A stretch of DNA of 64,000 nucleotides from Antedon mediterranea. Lineage: Eukaryota > Animalia > Echinodermata. Position numbers and translations under genes: made by a program. The notes below the pieces were generated by a model that searched no databases, had not been told where the DNA came from, and saw only the letters and a program-made list of their open reading frames with translations. The first letter of the stretch is position 1, and each line of letters opens with the position of its first letter. The stretch covers positions 15,357,881-15,421,880 of the forward strand of contig NC_092678.1 of assembly GCF_964355755.1 (NCBI RefSeq), in the 5' to 3' direction. Shown in pieces: positions 12,585-24,900 of this stretch.

Positions 12585-15378
12585 CTGCTGACTTATTTAG
12601 GATTTAATTCAAAATAATACAATTTAACGTTTTCCTCAATATTTATAGCAGCAGCTTCATATTTGTTGTCTAACTTTTTAAAACCAATAATTGATAATAA
12701 TAATTAATTTACATTAATTAATAGTATTTTATTTATTACCGTACCAGAAGTACCGCATTGACGGCAAAAAAAAAATTAGTTAGTGTGTTATCTAAACAAG
12801 GCCAACAGCCATTAAGTCGCGTGCTACAATACATAGTGATACCAGACCGGCAGACCGAAAGACCGACAGACAGACCGACAGACCGACAGACAGACCGACC
12901 GACCAACCTACCAACTGACCGAAATTACTGAACATGTTTAAAAATGTTGAAATGTTTAAAAACATTTATATTTTTTTAATTTACACGTGCGTAGCCTGTC
13001 ACTTTTGACGTGCTCGTATAACGTAATTTCGAGTTGAAAAGTAAGTCAAGAAAACATAAATCGGGCAAAAAGAGTGCGCAATAACATTTAACGCGCAGTG
13101 CGCGCGCAAAAAATCTGCGCACTCATGGACATTTTTTAAACGCTTAAAATTGCCTGAAACGTACTCTTATTTCATCGAAAATAAATTTTGAAAATTTTAA
13201 GCGCACGTACGCATGCGTTACATGCGCTACGCACGTAATTGTATTGTCATATGATGATTTATGCCCTGAAATTTATGAGTACCAAATTTTATTTAATTGT
13301 GATTCATGGTTGTGAAGATATGATTACAAACGTGATTTCGTTAAGTCGTGCGTAGACCGCGTAATTTTTTATTGCGCACCGTGAAAACATAACCACATCG
13401 ATTCCTGGCCATAAGGAATATACTGTGAAAAATTGACTTAGCTAGATTAAACTGATATCAAGATAAGGTCAGAAAGCGATAAAACGCATAGTGATACCGG
13501 ACCGACAGACAGACCGACAGACAGACCGACAGACAGACCGACAGACCGACCGACATAGTGAACTATAGAGTCGCGTCCACGCGACTAAAAATGGTCACCT
13601 TTAACATTTAGGGGAGGTGGTACTTGATATGCTTAGTCATAAGTGCAGGACATTTTTTCATTGTCAATTTAACGACCTTCACACCCAAAATATTTCTTTG
13701 AAGCAAAATTGATTTAAAAAATCCTCCGCTTCATCACTGCATGAATACCTAATAACCAGACAAGAACGTATCTTTGTTACGTTTTACTATAGATCCATTT
13801 TCATATAACGCAATCCGTTTTTCAACAATGTAATATAATAATAACATTTCGATTAAATAGTTAGGGATTATAGCTACAGTGTCGACTGAATAAAGCATTG
13901 GTAATTTACTGAAAATCCAAAATGAACTTGTGTTATAATACAAACAAAAATATTTAATAAAAAAGAAACATGAGAAATATATATATAGGCCACAAAAAAA
14001 TAAAAAGATGTCGGTCGATAAACGTCTGATGACGAATAAAACACCGACAATCAGTTAAATGTATTCGTGATTTTATTTCATCTCTGGCTTGTTACATTAT
14101 CATGACACATTACCGGACTTCACCCTCCTCTCGCAACGAACATCAGTACAGATCTTCCCTATTATAGCTACGTCATTCACAAATTACCCACGCATAGCAG
14201 TGCTAATAGCGCCATCACAGATTACTTCTAATGGATCAAGCATTCACATATGAAGATTGCTTTAAAAAAAAATCATGAACAAACGAAATATAGCCTATAT
14301 TCATTCTTTTTAAATATTAGGCATATTGCCAAGGCTAATACTCGATTTGTCCATAATTATTGCGTTGTTCCGGGGGTTTTCTATAATCTAAGGCCAATTT
14401 TTATAGTACAGGAAAGATAAGCTCAGAATCAGTAAAAGGTTGAATAGATTTTAAGTTTGTATAATTCTATTGTTGTGACAGTACAAAATTAAATGAACTG
14501 TTTTATTAGACACCGTAGTCCTGCATTAATGCATATGACTACGTTTTCTATTATTATAACCGTGGTGATATCTTGATACTTAATGTGTGTTTTGCTGCCA
14601 AATAGCACTTAAATTAATATGCATATTGCAGTTGAAATGTTTGACACTAAAGAAATATAAAAAGCATTATAAAACCTGATATCAAGTGGTAATTAGATTT
14701 ACAATATATGTTTTTGTTCATTTTTAGAAATTTTTCGCCATTGGCAGCCATTTTGTTTAAAAAAACCTATTTCCCCTACCTGGATTTTTCTAGACTTTTA
14801 GTATGTCCATATACGGACCTTATAGAAATGCATTGTGGTGGAAAAAATTATGTTGCAATTTTTCCTGTACTATTAGGCCAAATCATAAACAACACTTTTG
14901 TAAAATATATAGTGGATATATAAAAATGAATTTTTTGAAATTGTGGTTTTAAAATCTGACTTTATTTAGCATTTAATTAAAAATAATCAATATATTTATA
15001 GCAGCAGATTCATATTTTTTATATAACTTTTTAAAACTATTAATTAGAATGTATTACCGTACTAGAAGTACCTTCATCAGGGATTTCCCCGTGACGTTAG
15101 CAATGAACGAAAAAAAATGTTATCCTATATTGTTAGTCGGGTATGTTTTGTTACCGGCAAAATAATATAGGCTACAATTCTCTGTTTGCTCAGTAGTAGC
15201 GCACTATAGAGTGAGTAACATTTCCGGCGAACTAGAAGTGCAATTTATCATGAGTTTTACGTGCGAAAGTACCATTTGCGACAATCTAGGGGTTTCATTT
15301 AACAATTTGCTTGCTCAAATACTCACCCAGTGTCTACAGCCTTGGAATCTTTGGGGAACAGTCCTGCGACCGCTCCTG
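12585..15378 (+). mobile_element. Rearranged, interrupted copy of the hAT5-like family defined at 42794-45365
   Basis: 13600-14370 matches 42820-43200 and 44150-44700. 14890-15378 matches 44935-45365, including the terminus GCGACCGCTCCTG. The left terminus is not recognisable. Confidence 0.6.
12794..13591 (+). mobile_element. HINE/DINE-1-like Helentron non-autonomous element
   Basis: Starts AAACAAGG, contains (GACC/GACA)n microsatellites at 12840-12920 and 13495-13553, ends in hairpin AGTCGCGTCCACGCGACT + AAAAA. Absent from the homologous position at ~60590-60605. Confidence 0.75.
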
Positions 15379-17029
15379 TCATGCAAAAAATGATTCATTA
15401 GCACCGTTCTGTGACTTCCCGTCGTGTTTTGTGAAGTCCCTAATATTGTTCAAATGAACATCATATCCAAGGTCTACCAAAATCGGACATGTGGATTACA
15501 AGTAAATATAATTGTGATATTAAACATTCTAATTAGCATATTTAAATTTTTATATGACGTACCTATGACGCCATATGATAGTTGTGACGTCATATACTTT
15601 TTTAAACTGCTTTGACAATGACATTTTACTATGCAAACAATTTAGTATCTGCAGGAAAGTTTCTTAACATTTTCTTGTTGAAATGAACATCATTTCCAAA
15701 GTTTACCAAAATCGGACGAAGTGGGTTAATAATCATAAATTCAAAATAGCCGCTATTTACTATACCATTTTGAAGCTCCGTATCTCCTTAACGGTTGGTT
15801 TTTGGATCACCTAAGTGCATTGTGACTATAGATACAAATGTAATTTTAAACCTTCCAAAAACGTGTTTTTCCGTAGTAATTTTTGAAACACGCAAATGGC
15901 CTAATTCATGCTCTAAATTAATCAAACTTAATGTTGAGCTTTTTAATTGTTAACGAGCAATTTCACGTGCATGACTTTGAAACGCGTTTTTATTTGCTAA
16001 TAGTTTTACCCTTCACTTGAAGTTTACATTTTATAGTGAATTTTATTGATATTTTATGACAAGTTATGCAGATAAGATTGATAATGTGATTTCACAAAAT
16101 GGCGTATAAATGACGTCACGGATGAGTGATCACACTGAAAAGCTTAATAGGATTAAATTAAATTGTTTGAACTAGATGGTTCTCGAATACATAATAATTT
16201 CAGCGTTTAAAAACTGGCGATTTCAAATGTACGTACCGCAGGACAAATACATGTCGTTTACAGGAACGAATAAATAGACAATGTGATTTATGTACTCAAC
16301 TAAAATTAGCACCCTGGGAATTTCTTCCGAAAGAGAAACTTGTCACAAAATGAGACCAATTGTTTAAGTCAAATTTAAACAAACTTAATTTGTGTTTTGT
16401 ATGTGAAGAGGATGGGTGCAAAGAGGAACAATTTTTAAATATATTCTTTATTCTATTTAGTAACGAAATATTAATTGTTTTCATGTTTTACAAATAATAT
16501 ACCACTAAACACAGTAAAACATTGCGATGTAATACTTTGTTGAAACTATCACCGTCCAAGTCGATTGAAATAGTACAGTACATGTAACGATACATCACTA
16601 CGACGTGTATATGTTTATATAATGTAAAACAATTTGTGAAAACCACCTCTATTCGGGGAAAATCATAAATTCGATGTAATCGTCAATAAATATTAAATTA
16701 TCTAACTCAACTTAATAAGTAGGCCTAATGGTTTTCATTTGTTTCTTAGAGCCAATTCATACTTAAGTTGGTTCCTACCCTACCCACCAAAGTTGTTCTG
16801 CGTTTAGGGCATGTGATGTACCGTAGGCCTATCCTCTACTGGTTTTACAACGCTACTCATGCCAGTGAGAGAAGGGTGATGATGTGGGTGGTTTAATTGC
16901 AATAATAAAGATGTGTACATAATATACGGCGAGTGAAAACTCTAGCTCATTATCCGTTTAAAAAAATTGTATATCCAACCACTGCAGCACAGATTGAAAA
17001 AAAAATGGATCGAATTTCTGTTATGAGTA

Positions 17030-18055
17030 TACAGTACTTGCCTTTACGACGCATGAGGGAATAAACACTTGAGGAACAGAGATTGGAATGTTCCATTCAT
17101 CGCAAATCAATACATTTGTATCAAAATAGTATTTTTTAATGAAAATCGGCCTGTCTTCAACATTATGATGCTGTACTCGAGCTGTTCAACCGGTTTTCAG
17201 CCATTAAAAACAATTATCGTAGGAGGAGATAGGAAAATGCGAAGCATCCTCGCATTATTGTCTGCGGGTATTTATCAAGACGGACATCCATTAGACAGTG
17301 TATACCACGATCGAAAAACACCCCTATTTTTGGGGCAAATCGTTGAACCTAAATTCGTTTTAATCGTCAATAACTAATTATCGAACTCAATTTAATTAGT
17401 AAACAGGGTTACATCAGGTGGTTAAAATCAGTACCGAAAGTACGAACCAACTTTATATACCATCGAGTAAAAATTCTAGAAATAACGCGCGATTTACCGA
17501 ATTTTGCCCTTAGGTAAATTTATTATATAGATGACTGTACTTGTCTTTACGACGCCTGAGGGAATAGACACTTGTGTAACAGAGATTGGAATTTTCCATT
17601 TATCGCAGATCAAAACATTTGTATAAACGTATATTAAATCTATCAAAATAGTATTTTTTAAAGAAAATCGGCCTGTCTTCAACATTATGATGCTGTACTC
17701 GAGCTGTTCAACCGGTTTTCAGCTATTAAAAACAAATATCGTAGGAGGAGATAGGAAAATGCGAAGCATCCTCGCATTATTGTCTGCAGGTATTTTTAAA
17801 GTTGGACATCTATTGGACAGTGTATACCACGACCACGAAACACCCCTATTTGGGGCAAATCGTTGAACCTAAATTCGTTTTAAATGTCAATAACTAATTA
17901 TCTAACTCAATTTAATTAGTAAACATGGTTACATCAGATGGTTAAAATCAGTACCGAAAGTACGAACCAACTTTATATACCATCGAGTAACGTAAAAATT
18001 CTAGAAATAAACCGCGATTTATCGAATTTTTCCCTTACGTAAATTTATATATAGA
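17030..18055 (+). repeat. Tandem duplication of a ~505-bp unit
   Basis: 17034-17535 and 17537-18050 are near-identical. A single inverted copy is present at ~50412-50825. Confidence 0.9.
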
Positions 18056-18768
18056 AGATATTGTGAAATGTGTGTGATCATTGAAATTTAACTTTTTGAG
18101 ATAATTGTTACACAAAAAGTGTACAGTGTACCGCTTGAAAACTATTTCCAGGGTTTTCCGTCACATGACTATTCATGTATTGATTCAGGCCCTCTATAGT
18201 TTCTGCCTTAACCTAATAGGAAAATATATAATAATGTGGTCGGCTAGCATTGCGGCCGGGTATAATTACCGTCAGGATATTATTTGTCAATATAGAAATT
18301 GTGTTTCTGGATATGAGTTGGTCACTCCAACCTTAGGAAGTAAGGCTCCAAACCCGGAATATGCATAGTATTATAGTTTAGTTATAGGATTGATATGATT
18401 TGTTCTATACATTATAGGCCACGACTTTGTTCTGAAAAAAAAGTGATTGATTGATTCCTTAATTGATTAGCTAAATCAACTAGAGAAGAAAAACTGAAGC
18501 CAATCATAATACACATCCTCAAAACATCTATGTATTTAATCCTCGATACGCTATAATTAATAGAGAATTTCAGACTACTACTACTACTACTACTACTACT
18601 GATTGTCAAACCAAAATAATTGATAATAAATCATTATTTCTTAAATTATTAAGTAGAATATAAATAAAAAAGCATATTTTATTGAAGAAAGAACAATATG
18701 TAATTAAAACTAAGTAAGTAAAAAATCGAGCAGAGTTTTTTTGTAAGAATATTTCTTTTTCACTGTAG

Positions 18769-18896
18769 AGCTTCGTTTTTGTTTTAACATCGTGCCTGAT
18801 ACTATGCTGCGTATTCTACAATGTGTCACCACAGTATGAATCCTTTGCATCACCAATACCAATGTATAATACAACACGATTATGGAATTCGCAACG
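18769..18896 (+). CDS. GAL3ST: GAL3ST-like gene 1, transmembrane/stem exon
   Basis: Acceptor TTTCTTTTTCACTGTAG|, then 128 nt encoding SFVFVLTSCLILCCVFYNVSPQYESFASPIPMYNTTRLWNSQ(R), donor CG|GTAAGA (phase 2). Joins in frame to the catalytic exon (CG+G=Arg). This frame is open in both paralogs. Confidence 0.85.
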
Positions 18897-18989
18897 GTAA
18901 GATGCCAATGCTACATTTTGAAATATAATTTTAATTGGGTGAATAAACTAAAAATTATAGTTTGAATAGCAATAACACGATAATTTTAA

Positions 18990-19537
18990 AGATGTATTGT
19001 CCCTTTGACTAATTCCAAAAAAAATAAAAAATAAAAGATTTCGAAAAAACGTGGGTCATTTTGAAGTATCATAATAGTTATTAACTATCACCAAAAATGT
19101 TTCGAAAAAAAAATAATTTAACTGAAATACAAAGGTTTTTTTGTTAAAAAAATAACTTTGACTTCCAGTCAAAGTTTTCAATCAAAACATATCCCATAAT
19201 GAAACGCGCTTGTTTGGCTACTCTGTATGCATAATCATAAAACTTACTCGTGATATGTGTGAAAATACCTTCTTAACCGTGATGAATTGTATACAATCCT
19301 AATTTAGCATATGCATAATGCGTACTAATGGTTTGAAATCTTTGTTTACTTTTGCTCGTGACGATTTTCCAGATGAAATGTAATCAAACTAATTTACCTG
19401 TTAATTACGTAAACTTGTTGTTTTTGGCTCGAATTTTCGACTTAAAGTGAATAACTTTAATATTACTTTGATATGGCCACTTTAAATTTAGAATATTTTG
19501 ACCTTCATTTTTTTGTGTTTCAAGGGACAATACATCT
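18990..19537. mobile_element. Kolobok-like MITE
   Basis: TIR AGATGTATTGTCCCT, TTAA TSD, empty site in unit 2 (~52190-52200). An inverted copy of the same family lies at 32809-34200. Confidence 0.9.
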
Positions 19538-19754
19538 TTAACTAATTGTATTGTATTTTATTTTAATTTGTTGTGGACAAAAAATTACTAATGTAATTAT
19601 ATTGTACATGTGTTTAGACCGTACTTCCAGAGTAGGTGTTTTTTTAAAGGTCTGTCAACACTATCATAATGTATGGGACAAAACAGTGTGATGTGCCCAT
19701 ATATGGACACGATGACGTTATAGCACTACCATATTTCGGAATATCACTACCATT

Positions 19755-19888
19755 ATTAGTCGCATGCAACCCAACTCTACAGCTCACTATATGTCGGTCG
19801 CTTGGTCGGTCGGTTGGTTGATTGGTCGGCCGGTAAACACTAAATAAAATTTGAGCACGCGACTGCAGCTATGTATATGGCCTTGTTT
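19755..19888 (-). mobile_element. Short HINE-like element (also at ~52405-52531)
   Basis: Reverse-oriented hairpin end TAGTCGC..ACTCTA, (GGTC)n microsatellite, CCTTGTTT terminus. Present in both units. Confidence 0.65.
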
Positions 19889-20089
19889 GGACACATAAAA
19901 CTTTTTGTTAAACTAGTTTGATAGTTTAGACAGAGTTTTAGTAATGCGAGCCAAAGGTTACCAAATCTGTTGTTACCATTATCTTTTTAAGAAAATATTT
20001 TTGATAATAATAATCAATGCTTAGCGCTATTAAGTTAAATACATTGTCCCCTAAATGTTTTTTTTTTTATTTTGTGTTGAATTTTTTTT

Positions 20090-20990
20090 TAAAGAAACAT
20101 TTATATTTTGCCTCCAAGAAGTATTAATATCTACTGTCAAAAATAACAAAAAAAAATGTAAATGAATATGAGTTAGTGTTTACCGACCGACCAACCTACC
20201 GAAATTGCTAAAAAATTTAAAAAAATGTTGAACAAGTTTTAAAAACATTTATATTTGCCTCCAAGTATTATTATCCAGTGTAAAAATAACGAAACAAATA
20301 TGAATATGCATTTGCTGAAAATGTTTAAAAAATATTGAAAAATGTTTTAAAACATTTATATTTGCCTTCAAGTATTAATATCCGGTAGCAAAATAAATAA
20401 AAAATATGATTAATAGTTAGTGTTTACCGACCGACCGACCAACCGACCAAAATTGCTGAAAATTTTAAAAAATGTTCAACAATTTGTAAAAACATTTATA
20501 TTTTCCTTCAAGTATCAAGTGTCCAAATAACAAAAAAATATGAATATGAGTTAGTGTTTAGTGACCGACCGACCTACCGACCAAAATTGCTGAAAATGTT
20601 ACAAAATGTTACAACAATTTTTAAAAACATTTATATTTGCCTCCAAGTAATAATATCCAGTGTCAAAATAACGAAAAAAATATGATTATGAGTTAGTGTT
20701 TACCAACTGACCGACCAACCGACCGAAATTGCTGAAAATGTTAATAAATGTTCAACAATTTTTAAAAACATTTATATTTTCCTCCAAGTATTAATATCCA
20801 GTGTCAAAATAACGAAACAATATGAATATGAGTTAGTGTTTACCAACCGATCGAAATTGCAAAATGTTAAAAAATGTTGAACAATAAAACATTTATATTT
20901 GCCTCCAAGTATTAATATCCAGTGTCAAAAAAACGAAAAAAATATGAATACGAGTTATTGTTTACCGACCAACATAGTGAGCTATGGAGT
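20090..20990 (+). repeat. Tandem array of ~120-130-bp HINE-related units (~7 copies)
   Basis: Unit AAAACATTTATATTTGCCTCCAAGTATTAATATCCAGTGTCAAAATAACG..TATGAGTTAGTGTTTACCGACCGACC..AAATTGCTGAAAATG, ending in the HINE-like CATAGTGAGCTAT. Confidence 0.85.
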
Positions 20991-21269
20991 GTCACGTCTA
21001 TGATGCATTTCATTTTAATTTTTTTAGGTTTTTATAAGTATATCATTAATTTTAACAACCTATGACATTTGACATTTTGTCCATAACTAAAATGCACTAA
21101 TATTTTGTAACGATATCTTTGAGGAACGCATACCGGTACTTTATGTTAATACTATCTTTTTGAAAATTATCAGAATACAAATTGAAATAATTTTATTTTC
21201 TTTCGTTTTGAAGATTTTATATTTTCTTTCACTTCACAGTCACTTCCACTTCTTCTCTAACTATGAACT

Positions 21270-21556
21270 TAGTAGATGCTTAATTTGTAAACGTACGTAG
21301 AAGCAATTTGTAAACGTACGGAGATACTACATTTTCAAACGTACGTAGAAGCAATTTGTTAACGTACGCAGATGCAATTTTTAAACGTACGCAGATGCTT
21401 AATTTTTAAACGTACGCAGATGCTTAATTTTTAAACGTACGTAGATACTTAATGTTTAAACGTACGTAGATACTTAATGTTTAAACGTACGTAGATACTT
21501 AATGTTTAAACGTACGTAGATACATGATTAAACGTACGTAGATACCTAATTTTTAA
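21270..21556. repeat. Minisatellite, ~25-bp unit TTTAAACGTACGTAGATACTTAATG (~11 copies)
   Basis: Directly visible tandem repeat with palindromic ACGTACGT core. Absent in unit 2. Confidence 0.9.
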
Positions 21557-21848
21557 AGTATCCATGCCAATTTCGTATCCTATTCCATTTTCCCAATTTT
21601 TGTTATGTTTGTATTACATATTACTTTCTTCTTCGATCTTATGGAATTAAAATGTATAAAAATGTATTAAAACTTATAATTGTTATATAAAAGCAAGTGC
21701 AGAACCGTCTTGTTAACGTTCTGTCTTTGCGCGCGCAACATAAACCAGTTGCAAAACCTTTACTCAACACTAATTCATTATTTAAATAAACTAATAGTCT
21801 GCTCTACGTGGAATACAATGATAAAACAATTATTCTCTCTCTCAATAG

Positions 21849-22968
21849 GCCTACGATTGAAGTTCTAAAATGCAGCCCAAGACAAACTATAGTTTTCCTG
21901 AAGACTCACAAGACAGGTGGTACAACTCTTGCAAGACTCATTGAGTTGTACGGATACAAACATTCACTAACGTTCGTGAGGAAAATAGGACAAATGGGAT
22001 CAATTCATTTCGGTAATCGAAATTTTGAGTACAAATCTCATAAGATGTTTCTACCACCTCCCAATGTAACTAAGGGAGATTACTCAAACTATAAATATAA
22101 TATATTTACATTGCATGTTCGTTATAATCGATCAGTGTTAAATACATTCATGAAAAAAGATCCTGTTCACATTACAATTATAAGAGAACCATCGGCACAG
22201 TTAGAATCGTCGTTTATGTTTTTCCATTTGGTAAAATACGTTAACAGCACAGCAGAAGGTATTCCGCCCTTTGAAGCGTTTGTTTCTAACCCGACCAAAT
22301 ATCGTAAAGCTTCGTCTTCTATCATTGGTTATAACAACCAAATATTTGATCTTGGGTTATCTAGGAAGAGTTTTCGTAATGATACAATAATAAATAAGAC
22401 AATAGCTAGACTTGATCAAGATATGGACCTAGTCCTCATAAACGAGTTTTACGACGAATCTTTAGTGTTACTAAGTAAACTACTTTGCTGGAGTCTAGAA
22501 GATGTATTATATCTTCCAAAAAATATGAGACCAACATCTAAAAAAAACGCTATGTCTGAGGAGATTCGTGAGAAAGCTCGAAAACGGAACCATGCCGATA
22601 CACTGCTGTATAATCATTTTCTAAAACGACTGCATGAACGCATAGTTGACTACGGACCATCGTTTGAAGCAGATCTTTGGCGATTCCGTAATATGACGTC
22701 AAAGTTGCGGCTTAAATGCGTCGACGGGCAGGTTTCTGGTAAGAAACGTATGAAGTATACAATACGCAATTTTAGCAAGGAATGTCAATATCATACAGAA
22801 GCACCACAACAGATGAACAAACGAATTAGAAAGATGATGCTAAACGGGACAATTCCCTTGAACGGAAGAATCCCCCTGAACGGGACAATCCCCCTGAACG
22901 GGACAATCGTTAACAAGAAAAAAATGAGGAGAAGAAGAAGAAGAAGAAGAAAAACCATAAAAATATAA
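21849..22968 (+). CDS. GAL3ST: GAL3ST-like gene 1, catalytic terminal exon (galactose-3-O-sulfotransferase family)
   Basis: Acceptor TCTCTCTCAATAG|G. Family motifs: 5'-PSB IVFLKTHKTGGTT, LHVRYN, 3'-PB TIIREPSAQLESSF, NNQIFDLG, DLVLINEFYDESLVLLSKLLCW and NHADTLLYNHF. The ORF-track start at 21808 is intronic. Confidence 0.93.
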
Positions 22969-24084
22969 ATATTTAGGTGTTCGGTTACGAGACAATTTAA
23001 AATGGAATGTTAACACAAATATGATTAGCATGTCTATCAATGAATTCTACCACAAAAATAGAAATGTCTTGTAATACAAAAGTGTATAAGTATGAATGTG
23101 GCGGGCCGTTTTGCAAAGACATAAATAAAAGCCCCGGGCGTTTATTCGCATGGACGTTTATTAAAAATGATGTTCTATGGGTGGGGGGGGGGGGGGCGTT
23201 TATTAAAAATGATGTCCTATGTGGGTGGGGGTGGGAGTTTATTTGAATAAAAACGGTAGGTGGCAAGCTCCTTATTTTTCTCAGTATCATACCAAAACGT
23301 AGTATAGCACATGTATTTTATTTACGCGTGGTTAACATTATAACATTAAATCCTATTTTACACTAGGCGAATAATTATTATTATTTACAATGCTATTAAT
23401 TATATGTATATATAAGTTAGTATAGTTTCATATTTATTATCTGCAGTACTCTAAAAAACTGTTTTAGTAAATTTCTATTCTTTCATGCATAGGCCTACTA
23501 TTAAAATAATTTGTTTTATATTTTTAAGGGTGCCACAGTTGTAAAGCTTTGCTTGTTCGTGGTTGCCCTGTTCCTTTTCATATTATTAGCATTTGTTTTA
23601 AAATTATTAATTTAACAATTGTGATTTGGAATAAAGTGAAGGAAATTCAGAATCGAGAGCGTCAGCTTATACGCATGCGTAGAAAGGGATTTGGAAGATG
23701 ACAACATGAAACACATGTTTATAAGCTTACGCTTTCGATTCATGCAAACAAATTAGCCTTGTGAAAAATCGGCTTAACACACGAGAGTCGAGAATTGTTG
23801 TGACGTGAAAAATGCATCAAATCAGAACTGAAGACTGTTCGATTCGCACGAATATATTCGCCTACTGGGAAAACAGGATTTATATATAAATTTTTAGGAA
23901 TCAACAATTCAATGTAAACTCAAAATCACCGAGCAGTACATTCATTAACGTCTAGTCCATCCTAATTAAGCATACCTAGGCCTAGCTAGTACTGTTGTAG
24001 CAAAAATAGCACAGCGGCATATTCCCTCTATTGTTCTCTCTCTCCTCATGATCTTGGTGTATATCTGCTTTGGTTATTGCTGTT

Positions 24085-24510
24085 ATTTACCTCCGACAAG
24101 GAGGAAATGTAATGGGTAGCGTGTGTTTGTTTGTTTGTTTGTTAGCAGAATTACTCAAAAAGTAATTACAAGATCGCTACCAAAATGAATATACAGATAG
24201 ATATGCCATTTGGGACCATGGTCCCAATTCTGGACCACTTTTTGAATATACTTTTCAGACCTGAACCAACCATCTTATTGACTCTACCTCCTTCTCTGAG
24301 CACCAACTCAGATTTCAAAAGCCGGCAAGCAGTCTTAAAGTAACAAGTAAACTGAAATTACATTTTCTCGAGAACTATTTGTCCAAAAAACTTCATTTTT
24401 GTACAAGAGGCAAGCGTTATAATTTGTAATTTGTAATTTTAAAACATAATTAATTGATTTAAGGTGCACGTTTTTTGATGCGAGTAGTTTAAAAAACCTA
24501 TTTCTTTTCA
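24085..24510 (-). mobile_element. HINE-like element end
   Basis: TTATTTACCTCCGACAAGGAGG hairpin followed by (GTTT)n. The body matches 3490-3866 in inverted orientation. Confidence 0.65.
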
Positions 24511-24646
24511 AATTGACTCGTTTGATTTTCGCGTTGCTGTTCTATTGTTAGTCAACTGAAGCTATTGTTAATTGAAAGGCTTGTTACATAACCATTACAC
24601 CAAAAATGCTTTTATTGAAATTAGCCTCAACCACAAACAGCATTAA

Positions 24647-24900
24647 AGATGTATTGTCTCCCTGAAAATTTTATTTTTTTTAATATTTTTGTTGAATAGG
24701 TCATTTAATTGCACATAAAAGTTATTCACTTTGACCTCAATTTGGATTGAAAATAAATTTGTTTACACGGGAAAATCGCAATTTAAAGCAAAAATTAACA
24801 AACCGTAAGCTATTTGTCTGAAAGACAAATGTGTTCCAGTTTAATTTAACCCTTGACCTGAGTTAGCTCATAAATATTCATATTCTTTCGATACATCGTG
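24647..24900. mobile_element. One end of a Kolobok-like MITE (other end not found)
   Basis: TTAA|AGATGTATTGTCTCCC, the same terminus as 18990. Right boundary approximate. Confidence 0.5.

Larger units (their letters stand above)
5698..23110 (+). repeat. Segmental duplication unit 1 (paralogous to ~31983-62850)
   Basis: Shared blocks: 5700-6495/31985-32612; 6780-7535/34630-40705; 8600-9645/47000-48015; 11095-12140/48028-48661; 15440-16090/49130-50040; 18128-20170/51248-52830; 21670-23110/61425-62850. Confidence 0.9.

Noticed and set aside
17236-17790. MRSILALLSAG signal-peptide-like start with CAG|GTATT as GAL3ST first exon
   Set aside because: Phase 1 does not fit the phase-0 TM exon, and the block is inverted in unit 2.
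21808-21848. ORF-track N-terminus MEYNDKTIILSLN of the 386-aa ORF
   Set aside because: It starts at GTG within the intron. The paralog lacks an open frame here, and a clear acceptor lies at 21848.
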